64,000 nt of DNA from a virus (lineage: Duplodnaviria; Caudoviricetes). Under the pieces are notes generated by a model. The model had not been told where the DNA came from and searched no databases. It worked only from the letters and a program-made list of their open reading frames with translations. A program made the position numbers and the translations under genes. This document shows, in pieces, positions 10,945 through 21,339 of the stretch; position 1 is the stretch's first letter, and each line of letters starts with the position of its first letter. The stretch spans positions 288,001 to 352,000 of IMG/VR virus record IMGVR_UViG_3300014205_000170; one strand, 5' to 3'.

Positions 10945-11355
10945 ATGAAAATTTGGAAAATTGAACATTCAAACAAAACAACGGATGGAGCAAAAATTGC
11001 TGTATCTATTTCTTCATCAGAATCAAAAGGTTTAATATTGAATCAAGGCGAATTCGTTTTGTGTCAAGAACAAATTACAGCTGCTCTTGATTCTCAAAAA
11101 AGAAGAGGATTTATCATAATTGAAAATTTTGACAATTCTTCTTTAAGACTTGAGCTAGGAGTAACGTATCCAACTAGTCTTTTAAAGAATTTAGCTGCTC
11201 AAAAAGCTGCAAGTGTAGAAAAAGCAACAGCAGCAATAATTTCAGAATCTTCTGTTAAAGAAGAAGATGAAGAGAATGCTCCGGACATGATAAATAAATT
11301 AGAAAGAGCAAAAAAAGATGCGACTGATTATATAAATGACAACGATAATATCTAA
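10945..11355 (+). CDS. Hypothetical protein
   Basis: ORF with A-rich leader. Confidence 0.55.
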   Translation: MKIWKIEHSNKTTDGAKIAVSISSSESKGLILNQGEFVLCQEQITAALDSQKRRGFIIIENFDNSSLRLELGVTYPTSLLKNLAAQKAASVEKATAAIISESSVKEEDEENAPDMINKLERAKKDATDYINDNDNI

Positions 11356-11360
11356 GTAAC

Positions 11361-12017
11361 ATGCCATCTGAAAACAAACAAGTAACTACATCTGCACAAT
11401 CTTGTGGAGAACCAATCACTGTGACTGGTGCACTAACAGGAACAATAGGTAATTTAGCGTCGTACAATATTGGTAATCCAGTACAACAATCATTAACATA
11501 TACTGCGCCATCTATAAATTATTTTCAAACAGTTAGTTCACCCGCTACTCCTTTAACTTTTTCAAATCTTTCTACTGATTACAGACTTTCTAAAGAAGGA
11601 GAAATTTATATCGATTCTTCAACAAATGACTGTTTTATATACTTAACAGAGTATGGTGGATGGCTTAGATGTGATATTCAAAAGATTAAAAAATCTTTTA
11701 ATAATAAAGGAGAACAAATAAATACAGTTAAAGTGTCTTTTGATTTTAGTGTAGCTAATCTTAAAAAATATTATCAATTAAGAACAGTATTAACAGAAAA
11801 ATATTCAAAATCAAAAATAGTTATTTATGATTTTGCTAGTAGTTCTACAATTACAAGTGCTTATTCTACATATGTACAACCATCATATATATTAAGTACT
11901 CCACTAGCCGGAACTGCAATTGATTGCACTGCCGGATATATTACCACTGATATTTCAACGGTAATTGGTACAAATTATGTTAATTTCAACAATGCACAAA
12001 CGAGCTGTTTAGCTTAA
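11361..12017 (+). CDS. Hypothetical protein (RTVLTEK motif)
   Basis: ORF in operon. Confidence 0.55.
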   Translation: MPSENKQVTTSAQSCGEPITVTGALTGTIGNLASYNIGNPVQQSLTYTAPSINYFQTVSSPATPLTFSNLSTDYRLSKEGEIYIDSSTNDCFIYLTEYGGWLRCDIQKIKKSFNNKGEQINTVKVSFDFSVANLKKYYQLRTVLTEKYSKSKIVIYDFASSSTITSAYSTYVQPSYILSTPLAGTAIDCTAGYITTDISTVIGTNYVNFNNAQTSCLA

Positions 12018-12028
12018 AATTTAAACTT

Positions 12029-13342
12029 ATGAAAAACGATAAAAAATACAGAATTTTAATTATGCCTAGCGACTTAGCAGGTGTAGGACATTTTAGGTCA
12101 ATCTGGTTGGCGCAACAAATTGATAAAGATTTTGCAGATGATTTCTATGTAGAAATTAATGTAATGCCTGATTTTAATGATGTTCATTATTTTAAAAGTT
12201 TTGATTTAATCCATTTTCATAGACAATTAGGTCCTCACGAAAACATGGATGTATTTTTTAAAGATTTAAAAGATGCCGGCGTTATTTTAGTAATGGATTT
12301 AGATGATTATTGGGCACCTCCAACTACTCATCCGTTATATGGAATAGCAGTTAAAGAAAAGCTATCTGAAAAAATCACAAAGACATTAAGAATGTCAGAT
12401 TATGTATCTACCACAACAGATATATTTGCAAAACAAATTATGGCATATAATAAAAATGTTGTTGTTATGCCAAATGGTTTAGATATGAATCAGCAAATGT
12501 GGAAAGATGAAGATACTAGAATAAATGATAAAGTAAGAATTAGTTGGATAGGCGGCTCTAGTCACCAACATGACCTTATGTTATTGAAGCCTTCGATGAA
12601 ATTATTACACAATGATGAAAGTCTTAAAGGTAAATACCAAATCGTTATGTGTGGTTATGACACAAGAGGACACGTTACCATCGTAAATGAAGATGGAGTA
12701 ACACAAGAAACTAGAAAAATTACTCCTGCTGAAACTATTTGGAATAAATTTGAAGAGATTTTTACAGACAATTATAATCCAAATATCATTTCTGCTGAGT
12801 ATCAAAAATGGTTGAAAAAATATAAAAATGAACCATATCCACATGGAAACATATTAGATGAGACATATGTAAGAAGATGGACATTGCCTTTGACTCAATA
12901 TGGAAAACACTATAACTATTGCGATATATGTTTAGCTCCTCTAGAAGAAGAAGAAAAGTATATTAACGAAAAAGGTAAAGAAGCAAAAAGAAGACATTAT
13001 TTTAATGAAGTAAAATCTGAATTGAAAATCATTGAGGCCGGTATGAAGAAAAAAGTTTTAATTGCCCAGGACTTCAGTATTTATAAGGATTTGATTAAAC
13101 ATAACGTAAATGGTCTTCTTGTCAACAAACCAATGCATGAAAAAGGATGGTATGGTCAAATCAAGAAAGTAATTGAGAATAAAGACCTAAGAGAAACATT
13201 GGCCAACAATTTACATCAATTTGTGAAAGAAAGATATAACTTAGAACGTTTAACAGAAGAGAGAATTGACCTTTATTACAAAATGTTGGATGAAGGGAAA
13301 TTAAAAAAAGAAGAATTACAAAAAGAATTACAAAAAGCTTAA
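12029..13342 (+). CDS. Glycosyltransferase (GT-B/GT4-like)
   Basis: GVGHFRS, MDLDDYW, SWIGGSSH, DICLAPL, FNEVKSELKIIEAG. Confidence 0.85.
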   Translation: MKNDKKYRILIMPSDLAGVGHFRSIWLAQQIDKDFADDFYVEINVMPDFNDVHYFKSFDLIHFHRQLGPHENMDVFFKDLKDAGVILVMDLDDYWAPPTTHPLYGIAVKEKLSEKITKTLRMSDYVSTTTDIFAKQIMAYNKNVVVMPNGLDMNQQMWKDEDTRINDKVRISWIGGSSHQHDLMLLKPSMKLLHNDESLKGKYQIVMCGYDTRGHVTIVNEDGVTQETRKITPAETIWNKFEEIFTDNYNPNIISAEYQKWLKKYKNEPYPHGNILDETYVRRWTLPLTQYGKHYNYCDICLAPLEEEEKYINEKGKEAKRRHYFNEVKSELKIIEAGMKKKVLIAQDFSIYKDLIKHNVNGLLVNKPMHEKGWYGQIKKVIENKDLRETLANNLHQFVKERYNLERLTEERIDLYYKMLDEGKLKKEELQKELQKA

Positions 13343-13406
13343 AAAGCTATATTAATTTTACTTCAAATCCACTTTTTAGAAGCTATTTATTGGTAAATCA
13401 AGTACA

Positions 13407-14215
13407 ATGAAACAAATCAGCCTCAATTATGGAGCCATAAGAGATACTATTTTTAAGTATTCTGGAAAACAATTAGTATCAGAAGGTGGTAAATCATCTA
13501 GTATATTAAATTCTTTCTTAAAAAGTGTAAAAGAAATACCAGCACTTAAGCTTCAACATATTGTATTTAAAAATTTAGAAGAAGGTCATTTCACAAAAGA
13601 AAGATTAGCAGAAAGATACATTGCTGAAAATCTAAAAATAATGGAAAGCGTTTCTTGGGATAAGCTTATTGAAGCTAATCGTAATATAAGAATAGGTTTA
13701 TTAGAAAATTGTCACGTAGAAGGAAAAAAGGGTGAATTATACGAAAGTATTCACACTCTTATGGAATCCATATGTAGAAAGGGTTTTACTAATGTAGACC
13801 AATCCAACAAAGCCTATGATGACGTTTTAAATTATCTTTTAAGAGAAATGTTTCAGAAACTACAGCAATTGAGCCGGAAACAGAAGAATTTCCAAAATTA
13901 TTATCCTGGAACTTTGTTACTAATTTAGCCGTAAATAATTTTAACCAAAGATATGCTCATTTGAATGAAAATGAAAAACAACTTTTAAAAGTTCTTCTTT
14001 CAACTAATGAAAATAAAACAAATCACTTAGAAGACCTTAAAAAAGAAAATATTGATTTAATCAACTCTATTTTAAAAACAAATATTGATGAAGAAAGTCA
14101 AAAAGTTCTAATCGGTTTTAAAGAAAATATTGAGTCTAATCTAGCTGAAAACATTGATGATAACATCATTCATTTAGCAGAATTAAGGGACACTTTAATG
14201 GATTTTCAAAACTAA
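13407..14215 (+). CDS. Hypothetical phage protein split by an apparent frameshift near 13845
   Basis: The -1 frame at agagaaatg reads NVSETTAIEPETEEFPKLLSWNFVTNLAVNNFNQRYAHLNENEK, continuous with ORF 13961..14215. Confidence 0.65.
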
Positions 14216-14658
14216 ATTTTCATCTCAATCACATGAGTGGTTGATGTACCACTTACAGTTTGATATATAGGCGTTTGCCAAAAAGAGATTCTTTGTGTTG
14301 TGGAGGTTCCAATACCAATCCCATAAGTCCATAAATCATTAAAATCTTTTACACGAACTTTAAAGGTTTTTTCAACACATACTATTCTAGTTAAAGGCAT
14401 CATATACAATTCCCATTCACAATATTCATTAAAATATGCATTAGAATATAGAGAGCTCTTCTTAATTATATATTTTATTTCATCATTTTCATAAATAACT
14501 GATTCAATAACTCCTTCTCCTGTATTAAAACCTTTAAACCCAACCACATCACCTACTTTAAAAAAAGGTTTTGGCATTCGTTTAGGCATGAAACTTTTAA
14601 AATGATTTTTTTTATCTTTTAAAATTAATTGTTTTTTATTAAACTTAGATTTGTTCAT
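14212..14658 (-). CDS. Hypothetical protein (KOW/SH3-like; RIVCVEK motif)
   Basis: FKVGDVVGFK. Confidence 0.5.
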   Translation of the reverse strand: MNKSKFNKKQLILKDKKNHFKSFMPKRMPKPFFKVGDVVGFKGFNTGEGVIESVIYENDEIKYIIKKSSLYSNAYFNEYCEWELYMMPLTRIVCVEKTFKVRVKDFNDLWTYGIGIGTSTTQRISFWQTPIYQTVSGTSTTHVIEMKI

Positions 14659-14879
14659 TTTTTTTCAAACAAAATCATTCTTTTTAAAGGTTGTGCGATA
14701 AAATATTCTGCTGCACCAAACGTTTCTGGTTCTGGTTGTTGAAAATAAAATACATTATATGAATTAATTCTTTGAAACATATAATAATCTTCAACTTTAT
14801 TATACTCTTTCGTCACTCTATATAGATGTTTTTGATTGTCTCGACTTAAAACAATATCTCCAAATTCAAATCTACCCAT
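14655..14879 (-). CDS. Hypothetical protein (C-terminal RMILFEKK)
   Basis: Start placed at MGRFEFGDIV. Confidence 0.5.
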   Translation of the reverse strand: MGRFEFGDIVLSRDNQKHLYRVTKEYNKVEDYYMFQRINSYNVFYFQQPEPETFGAAEYFIAQPLKRMILFEKK

Positions 14880-15483
14880 TTTCAATAAATGTTGAATATT
14901 GCATAGCCATAGCCTTCGCAATACCCGGAAAAGTTTTACTTCTTAATTTAGCGCGGTCTTCTGTTGGTGATAAACGATGTAATCTTTGTTCTCTACCAGC
15001 TACTATATTAGTAGGGGTTAATAATGGTAAATTTTTTAACCATAAACAAGTTGCTTTAGTTTCTCCATGTCCAAACATCCAAGGTTGTAATACTTGGTCT
15101 GGCTTTCTAAATTCACTGCTCATTACACCAATAGGATTTTCAATTGCAATTCTTGGAATTTCACAATTATACAAATCCATAAAAAATTTTATTGCTTCTA
15201 CTCTTGCTGCTCTTCTTTCTGCACCAACTAAAGTACCGGATTTTCTTGGAGGTTGGTCTTTGTACCATTTATTAGCACTAATAGTCAAATAAGTGCAAGG
15301 TGGAAAAAATATTGCCAAATCCCATTGTTTCATTCTTATTGCTTCAAACACATCCATTTGTAAATGCCACTCAGGATGCCCTCCGGAACATTCTAACATA
15401 TCATTACTATATGCTTCATGTCCTAATGCTCTAAACGCTTTGCACACTTCTTGACTCTCTTCACAGCCTAATAATACTTTCAT
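14872..15483 (-). CDS. DNA cytosine methyltransferase-like protein
   Basis: VLLGCEES, FPPCTY, IENPIG, RSKTFPGIA. Confidence 0.75.
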   Translation of the reverse strand: MKVLLGCEESQEVCKAFRALGHEAYSNDMLECSGGHPEWHLQMDVFEAIRMKQWDLAIFFPPCTYLTISANKWYKDQPPRKSGTLVGAERRAARVEAIKFFMDLYNCEIPRIAIENPIGVMSSEFRKPDQVLQPWMFGHGETKATCLWLKNLPLLTPTNIVAGREQRLHRLSPTEDRAKLRSKTFPGIAKAMAMQYSTFIENG

Positions 15484-15497
15484 CGTTGTTGTTGTTA

Positions 15498-16316
15498 TTA
15501 AGGATTTTGTTCTACGTGTAGATTAACTAAATTTTGAATGATTCTTTTTGTGTCAGAACAAAAATCACCATTTTGAATCCAAGTATGATATTTAGTGTCT
15601 TTAGCAAGTGAACTAGCCACTGGAAGACCTTGATATTTTCCGAAAGTAAAACAAGGTACGCCGGCGTTATTCATTTTAACTTTACCTTGAAAATCTAATT
15701 CATTAGGGTCGTTTACAAAATCATGTAAAATTTGAATATCATTTTGTATTGGAGAATCTATTTGAGTTCCATCTTCCTTATCATACTTAACACCTTCATA
15801 TTTCTGTATTTGTGCTTCTAGAACCTTAATTGTTCCTCGTGTATCAGCCAATGCATCATGTGCATTATCTAGTGTTTCATTACAATAAAAACGAACAGCC
15901 GCTTTCAATGTTCTTGGCTCCATTTGATGAAAGATTCGTTGAACATCCACACATCTTCTCTCTGACATGTCTAATTGTATTCCACAACGTTCAAATTCTT
16001 CCATTAAAATTGGAATATCAAATCTATTAGAATTATAGCCACAAAAATCAGCATCGCCTATCAAAGCCAATAAACCATTTGCAAGAGCTTGAAATGTTGG
16101 TTGTCCTTGCACCATATCATTAGTAATTCCAGTCAATTCAGTAACTTTTTCCGGAATAGGAATTCCTGGATTAATATATCGAACTCTTTCAATTGGAGGT
16201 CTGCCATCGGCAAAATATTTAATTATTGCTAATTGAATTATTCTATCCTTGGAAACTGACAATCCTGTGGTTTCGCAATCTAGAATTACTAAATCTTTTA
16301 TTAAATTTAATTTCAT
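15498..16316 (-). CDS. DEDDh 3'-5' exonuclease (DnaQ/Pol III epsilon-like)
   Basis: LDCETTG, YNSNRFD, HDALAD, FTFGKYQG. Confidence 0.9.
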   Translation of the reverse strand: MKLNLIKDLVILDCETTGLSVSKDRIIQLAIIKYFADGRPPIERVRYINPGIPIPEKVTELTGITNDMVQGQPTFQALANGLLALIGDADFCGYNSNRFDIPILMEEFERCGIQLDMSERRCVDVQRIFHQMEPRTLKAAVRFYCNETLDNAHDALADTRGTIKVLEAQIQKYEGVKYDKEDGTQIDSPIQNDIQILHDFVNDPNELDFQGKVKMNNAGVPCFTFGKYQGLPVASSLAKDTKYHTWIQNGDFCSDTKRIIQNLVNLHVEQNP

Positions 16317-16326
16317 GTTTTTTGTT

Positions 16327-16797
16327 TTATTTTTTTAAAAAATACATATAAGTAGAAGTGGGGAACAAAGATTTTTCGAACAAAACTGTACGACTATTCA
16401 TTGTGGAAACGATAGATTTTATTGTATTAATAATAGAATCAATTTTAAAACCAGAAAGATATCCTGATACAGGAGTGCCTCCAATAACATAAGCACCACA
16501 GTGCTTAATAACACTATAATCAACATCATCTAAATAAGTTTCATAATCAGAAGAAGTCACATCTTCATTCACAACAATAGTTCCTTTATTGTTATAATAA
16601 ATTAATATTTCAAATTCATCATAGTCTGTTAATAATTCTAACGTTTTTCGTGGGTTTGAGTAATGACCTGAACTAGCTTGAATAGAAATAACAAATCCTT
16701 CTCCTAAATCTACATGAGAATTCATTCCATAACCATGTTCAATTTTACGCTCTTTTATTAGAGGAATGAAATCAAATTTATTTATTTCTGGTATCAA
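16327..16797 (-). CDS. Hypothetical protein (RTVLFEK motif)
   Basis: ISIQASSGHYSNPR; motif near the C-terminus. Confidence 0.55.
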   Translation of the reverse strand: MIPEINKFDFIPLIKERKIEHGYGMNSHVDLGEGFVISIQASSGHYSNPRKTLELLTDYDEFEILIYYNNKGTIVVNEDVTSSDYETYLDDVDYSVIKHCGAYVIGGTPVSGYLSGFKIDSIINTIKSIVSTMNSRTVLFEKSLFPTSTYMYFLKK

Positions 16798-17164
16798 TTA
16801 AAGGTAAATTTTTAGCAATTACTTCAGCTTTTAATTCTAAATTTTTAAATTCAAAAGCTGTGTTAATGTTTTTATGTTTTTTATCAGTGATTTTTATTCC
16901 TGGATATAATGATAAAGTATATTTAAATAATCCTTGAGAGATTTTAAATACTTTCTGTTCAGCAATATAACCATCCCAAATATACGAATTATCTTTTTGC
17001 TTCCAAGTAATTAAACCAGAAGAATGTTCTTTTAAGTTTTCAAAATACAATCTGGCTTTGAGTTTATCGGATTCTATTTTTTGTTTCCTTTTAACTCTCT
17101 TTTTTTGAGCTTCGTCTTGTTCTTGCTTAACTCTTTTGTTGTATTTGTTTTGATAGTCATCCAT
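16778..17164 (-). CDS. Hypothetical protein
   Basis: ORF in operon. Confidence 0.5.
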   Translation of the reverse strand: MDDYQNKYNKRVKQEQDEAQKKRVKRKQKIESDKLKARLYFENLKEHSSGLITWKQKDNSYIWDGYIAEQKVFKISQGLFKYTLSLYPGIKITDKKHKNINTAFEFKNLELKAEVIAKNLPLIDTRNK

Positions 17165-17517
17165 TTTTCATTTATAGATTTATGATGTAATCTAACTTCT
17201 TCTATTGGCCAATGCTCCAGAGAAGTTTGTATTTCTGAAATTTCTGCTTTATCAACCCAAAAAAATATTTTCGAATTCATTGCAGTTGAACAAACATTGA
17301 ATTTGTCTGTTTCAATACAAAAACCCACAACAATAAGTGGGTCATCAGAATAAACAATATTATCTTTTCCTAATGTTTTATCTTTAAGCAAAAAAGCATA
17401 TGATACATGTATCGATACGCTGTCTGTGTCCCAGTTAATGTCCGTATTAAATAACGCATCATTATATTTTACATGACCTTTTTTGGAAAATAATATTTCA
17501 TCTGCATTAGGCATCAA
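17074..17517 (-). CDS. Hypothetical protein
   Basis: ORF in operon. Confidence 0.45.
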   Translation of the reverse strand: MMPNADEILFSKKGHVKYNDALFNTDINWDTDSVSIHVSYAFLLKDKTLGKDNIVYSDDPLIVVGFCIETDKFNVCSTAMNSKIFFWVDKAEISEIQTSLEHWPIEEVRLHHKSINEKWMTIKTNTTKELSKNKTKLKKRELKGNKK

Positions 17518-18376
17518 AATGTTGTCTTAAAATAGAACTGTTAACGCGACATTTCAATATTTTTAAAGCGCCATCTTTAATTTGTCTTACTCTTTCTCTT
17601 GTTAACTCAAAATATTCACCAATTTCTTCTAAAGTCATAGCCTGTTGACCTAATAAACCAAAATACATACATACAACAGATTTTTGTCTTGGAGTAAGTC
17701 TATCCAACACTTTTTCTAAGTCCGCTTTCATAGACTCTTTATTTAGGTCACTATCAGGACTGATGCTATCTTTGTTTGGTATAAAATCCATTAACGTTAA
17801 AGCGCCATCATCTTCTGAAATAGGAGTTTCTAATGAAACCGTTCTACCGGTCATCATTCTTACATCCTTAACTTTAACATCAATGCCTTCTAAGGATTGT
17901 TGCACTTCATCATCTGTTGGTTCTCTTTCTAAAATTTGTTCAAGATTAGAAATTGCTTTATTTACTTTATATATGGATGAAGTTTGATTGCTTGGAATAC
18001 GAATTAATCTGGATTGCTCTGCAAGTGATTGCATTATAGCTTGTCTAATCCACCAAACAGCATAAGAAATAAATTTAAATCCACGATTAGAATCAAATTT
18101 TTTGGCTGCTTTTATTAAACCCAAATTACCTTCATTCACCAAATCTTCTAAAGGAAGACCACGATTTTGGTATTGTTTTGCGACGGATATAACAAAACGA
18201 AGGTTACCACGAACTAATTTATCTAAGGCTTTATCATCACCGCTAGTAGCTTTTTTGGCTAAATCAATTTCCTGGGTATCAGTAAGGAGAGGAATCTTAC
18301 TGATTTCATTAAAATATTTTGTAATGGATTCACTATCTCTATTAGTTATCCTTTTGGTAATCTTAAGTTGTCTCAT
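17507..18376 (-). CDS. RpoD/SigA-like sigma-70 factor (Bacteroidota type)
   Basis: MRQLKIT, NLRFVISVAKQYQ, GFKFISYAVWWIRQ, TRERVRQIK. Confidence 0.95.
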   Translation of the reverse strand: MRQLKITKRITNRDSESITKYFNEISKIPLLTDTQEIDLAKKATSGDDKALDKLVRGNLRFVISVAKQYQNRGLPLEDLVNEGNLGLIKAAKKFDSNRGFKFISYAVWWIRQAIMQSLAEQSRLIRIPSNQTSSIYKVNKAISNLEQILEREPTDDEVQQSLEGIDVKVKDVRMMTGRTVSLETPISEDDGALTLMDFIPNKDSISPDSDLNKESMKADLEKVLDRLTPRQKSVVCMYFGLLGQQAMTLEEIGEYFELTRERVRQIKDGALKILKCRVNSSILRQHFDA

Positions 18377-18452
18377 TATTTATTTGCTCTATTGCAAATA
18401 TAATAAATTGACAAGTAGTGAACCAAATTTTAGGACAAGAGAAAAGTAGATA

Positions 18453-19328
18453 TTAGTTTAAATACTTACGAAGCAAGTTCGAACTACTAAACCTTCGCAA
18501 TCTTCTTAAAGCTTTTTCTTTGATTTGTCGAACACGTTCTGCAGAACAATCATATTTCAGTGCTATCTCTGAGAAAGACAAGGGTTGGCGACCATTTAAA
18601 CCAAAAAATAATTCAACCATTTCTCTTTCTTTTTCTGGTAATGTAGCAATGGCTCTATTCACATCTTTTTTAATAGATTCTGTTAATAACAGTGGCTTGT
18701 CTGGAGAGTAAATGTCACTGTCAAGAGGTTGTATAACATCTAATAATGATGGAGAAGTTTCATCATCAGAAAGAGGAGAATCATACGATTGAACTCTTTG
18801 CATAATTTTCATTAAATCACTTATCTCTTTTTGACCCAGACCCATTTTCTCCATTACTTCTTCATCGCATGGTGGTCGACTCAAATCTTGTTCTAATTTA
18901 GAATAAGCAGTTAAAAATTTATTTTGTAAAGAGATTTTATTTAAAGGGATTCTAATTAACCGGCTGTTATCTGCGATATTTTGAAGGATGGATTGTCTAA
19001 TCCACCAAACAGCAAACGAAATAAACTTAAAACCTCTAGTTTCATCGAATTTATAGGCAGCTTTAATAAGCCCTAAATTGCCCTCATTAATAAGGTCTTG
19101 TAAATCAATTCCACGATTCTGATACTGTTTGGCCACAGAGACAACAAAACGTAAATTAGCGCATACCATTTTGTTTAAAGCAGCTTTATCACCCTCTCTA
19201 ATTTTCCTTGTAAGCTCAATTTCTTCTTCATGTGTTATCATGGGAAGTTTGGCAAGTTCAGTAAGATATTTTTCAACCGATTTAGAACTTCGATTGGTAA
19301 CAGAGGGAGTAATTTTTAATTGTCTCAT
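18453..19328 (-). CDS. Second RpoD/SigA-like sigma-70 factor
   Basis: MRQLKIT, NLRFVVSVAKQYQ, FISFAVWWIRQ, SAERVRQIK. Confidence 0.95.
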   Translation of the reverse strand: MRQLKITPSVTNRSSKSVEKYLTELAKLPMITHEEEIELTRKIREGDKAALNKMVCANLRFVVSVAKQYQNRGIDLQDLINEGNLGLIKAAYKFDETRGFKFISFAVWWIRQSILQNIADNSRLIRIPLNKISLQNKFLTAYSKLEQDLSRPPCDEEVMEKMGLGQKEISDLMKIMQRVQSYDSPLSDDETSPSLLDVIQPLDSDIYSPDKPLLLTESIKKDVNRAIATLPEKEREMVELFFGLNGRQPLSFSEIALKYDCSAERVRQIKEKALRRLRRFSSSNLLRKYLN

Positions 19329-19387
19329 ATAGGTTTAAAACGTTGGTCTCATTTTAAACGAATCAATATAAATTTTGTTACAAAAAA

Positions 19388-20188
19388 TTACTTTGTTAGT
19401 AAAAATTGCAGTCTATCTCTGATTTTAGCGCAAAATTCATAGTTTTCCTTATCAATAGCTTTGGTCAACAATGAATTCAAAAATTCCACACTTGTAATTC
19501 TATCCAGATTTTGGTTAAACACTTCTTCAATTTTAACTCCACTATATCCACTTAAAGATTCTGTTTTGTTGTGAATAGCTGGATAATAAAAAAATTCAAC
19601 AGAACCTGTAGTTGCATTTTGTAAAATATTATATAAAATAATATCTTGTTCTTCAAAACTTAATTTGTTGAATCTTTTAAATTCTTCTTGTTCTCTATTT
19701 ACCAGTTCAGATTTTGCTTTATAATAATCATCACACATGTGCTCAACTTCTTGTGGCATATGAGCATAATTCATTCTGATTGAAATTGTGTTCTTTGTAT
19801 TTTTAGTAGAAAGATTTTTAATATCTGATTTTCTAGTCGCAATTAAAAAACAACCGGTTACTTCATGAATTAATCCTAATTTATGAAACATTTTAGGATA
19901 TAACTTTCTCTTATTAATGTGTTGAATAACTTTATCTTGTTCATTTAAAAGACCTTCAACATCTACAATAAAATCATCATTTGGGAAAATTTTGGAATAA
20001 TCTATTTTTTCAGCCATATTAACATATTCTAAAACAATAAAATAATTTAATTTGGATATAGAATCGATTCTCGCAATTCCTTCTTTACCACCCTTACTTT
20101 TAATTTCAAAAAATTTTTCTTGAACTAATTTGTATTCTTCCAACAGGGATTTTGCTCTTCTAAACGAAACTTTTTTAATTATTTTCAT
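19388..20188 (-). CDS. Hypothetical protein with C-terminal UvrB/UvrC motif
   Basis: LTKAIDKENYEFCAKIRDRL. Confidence 0.7.
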   Translation of the reverse strand: MKIIKKVSFRRAKSLLEEYKLVQEKFFEIKSKGGKEGIARIDSISKLNYFIVLEYVNMAEKIDYSKIFPNDDFIVDVEGLLNEQDKVIQHINKRKLYPKMFHKLGLIHEVTGCFLIATRKSDIKNLSTKNTKNTISIRMNYAHMPQEVEHMCDDYYKAKSELVNREQEEFKRFNKLSFEEQDIILYNILQNATTGSVEFFYYPAIHNKTESLSGYSGVKIEEVFNQNLDRITSVEFLNSLLTKAIDKENYEFCAKIRDRLQFLLTK

Positions 20189-20236
20189 CGTCCAAGAATT
20201 ATATGTTATACATAAATATATTAGAAAAATACACTC

Positions 20237-20479
20237 CTATATATTCCAGTCTAATTGATTAAAAAACGCTTTAATCACACCAAAAGATTCTTGGTCAAAA
20301 GTCTTAGCCGTAACCTCTCCTTTTTCATTAATAAAATTAATAGATAAAAACTTAATTTGTTGTCCTTTTTCTCTAAAAGTAACCAAATCAACTTCAAATT
20401 TACCTCCACCCTCTCCATCTGCTAAATGCAAATATGTGGTTTTTTCATTTCCTTGTCCTTGTGTATTGGTACTTTCCAT
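20237..20479 (-). CDS. Hypothetical protein
   Basis: ORF. Confidence 0.5.
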   Translation of the reverse strand: MESTNTQGQGNEKTTYLHLADGEGGGKFEVDLVTFREKGQQIKFLSINFINEKGEVTAKTFDQESFGVIKAFFNQLDWNI

Positions 20480-20533
20480 TATTAAAAGTATTTTTTTTTA
20501 AAATTAAATAGAGATTGTCAAAAAGTAAACAAC

Positions 20534-20767
20534 TCAAAATGAAACAACACCATATAGATTATGGTTCACTTGAATTTTAGCATATCTAGAAGTTACTTTT
20601 TTAGATGGAGTAAAATCATCCACAATAATTGACGTATTATACATAGGTATATAAGGAGCAAAAATATAACCTGCCTCATATTCAAATCGTTTACGTTTTT
20701 TTTCAAACAATACTTTTCGAGTATATGAATCTTTATTTTCTTTTATAATATTATGATGGAAATTCAT
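20534..20767 (-). CDS. Major-capsid-protein C-terminal fragment homologue with RKVLFEK tag
   Basis: EAGYIFAPYIPM...FTPSKKVTSRYAKIQVNHNLYG resembles the C-terminus of gp23-family capsid proteins. Confidence 0.65.
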   Translation of the reverse strand: MNFHHNIIKENKDSYTRKVLFEKKRKRFEYEAGYIFAPYIPMYNTSIIVDDFTPSKKVTSRYAKIQVNHNLYGVVSF

Positions 20768-21113
20768 TTACTTTTTCCTTTTTTAAATTCAAAACTTACA
20801 CTAGTATTTCCTTCAAAAGCAACTATCGTATTTTTTGGAGACAAAACAACTAAATTAAGGTCATTTGAGATTTTTTCAAATAAAACCATTTTTTTATATA
20901 ATGTTGTTATAGTTCCTTCCACTATTATTTTGTTTTAAAAATATTTATTGCGTCTAATGTTAAAAGTAATAATTTTCTTGTCATTCCCCAATAGATTTTC
21001 ATTCTTTTCAAAAAACTAATTGAAATTTCTTCTGTCTTCTCAATAATAACAAAACGCGTATTGTCATGCATTATTAAATCAAAATCTTCTGGCTTTTCAA
21101 CAAAATCTCTCAT
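20764..21113 (-). CDS. Hypothetical protein with apparent frameshift near 20935 (two VxxEK motifs)
   Basis: ORF 20925..21113 continues in the -1 frame as KIIVEGTITTLYKKMVLFEKISND...KKGKSK*. Confidence 0.45.
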
Positions 21114-21328
21114 TAATATTGACTCTTATTATCTTGCCTTTGCTTTTGTATACTTAATCTAAGAGGCAAGATTAATTCTTCAATCAATTTCAATTTTTTT
21201 CGAGCCCTAACAGAAGCTGTATCATTTTTAGTTTTACCTATAAATTTATACAACTCAGATTCACTTTCGTTTAACAGCTTTCTGATTTTTTGAAATTGCT
21301 CATCTATATTATAATCGTCATAAAACAT
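21113..21328 (-). CDS. Histone H1-like (Hc1-family) small protein
   Basis: KNDTASVRARKKLKLI...LRLSIQ pattern. Confidence 0.55.
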   Translation of the reverse strand: MFYDDYNIDEQFQKIRKLLNESESELYKFIGKTKNDTASVRARKKLKLIEELILPLRLSIQKQRQDNKSQY

Positions 21329-21339
21329 TTTTTATTTTT

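Noticed and set aside
13840-13860. Apparent -1 frameshifts at about 13845, 20935 and 42445 as programmed frameshifting
   Set aside because: All three are one-base shortfalls in or next to A/T homopolymers with no obvious stimulatory structure. Sequencing or assembly error is more parsimonious; check the reads.
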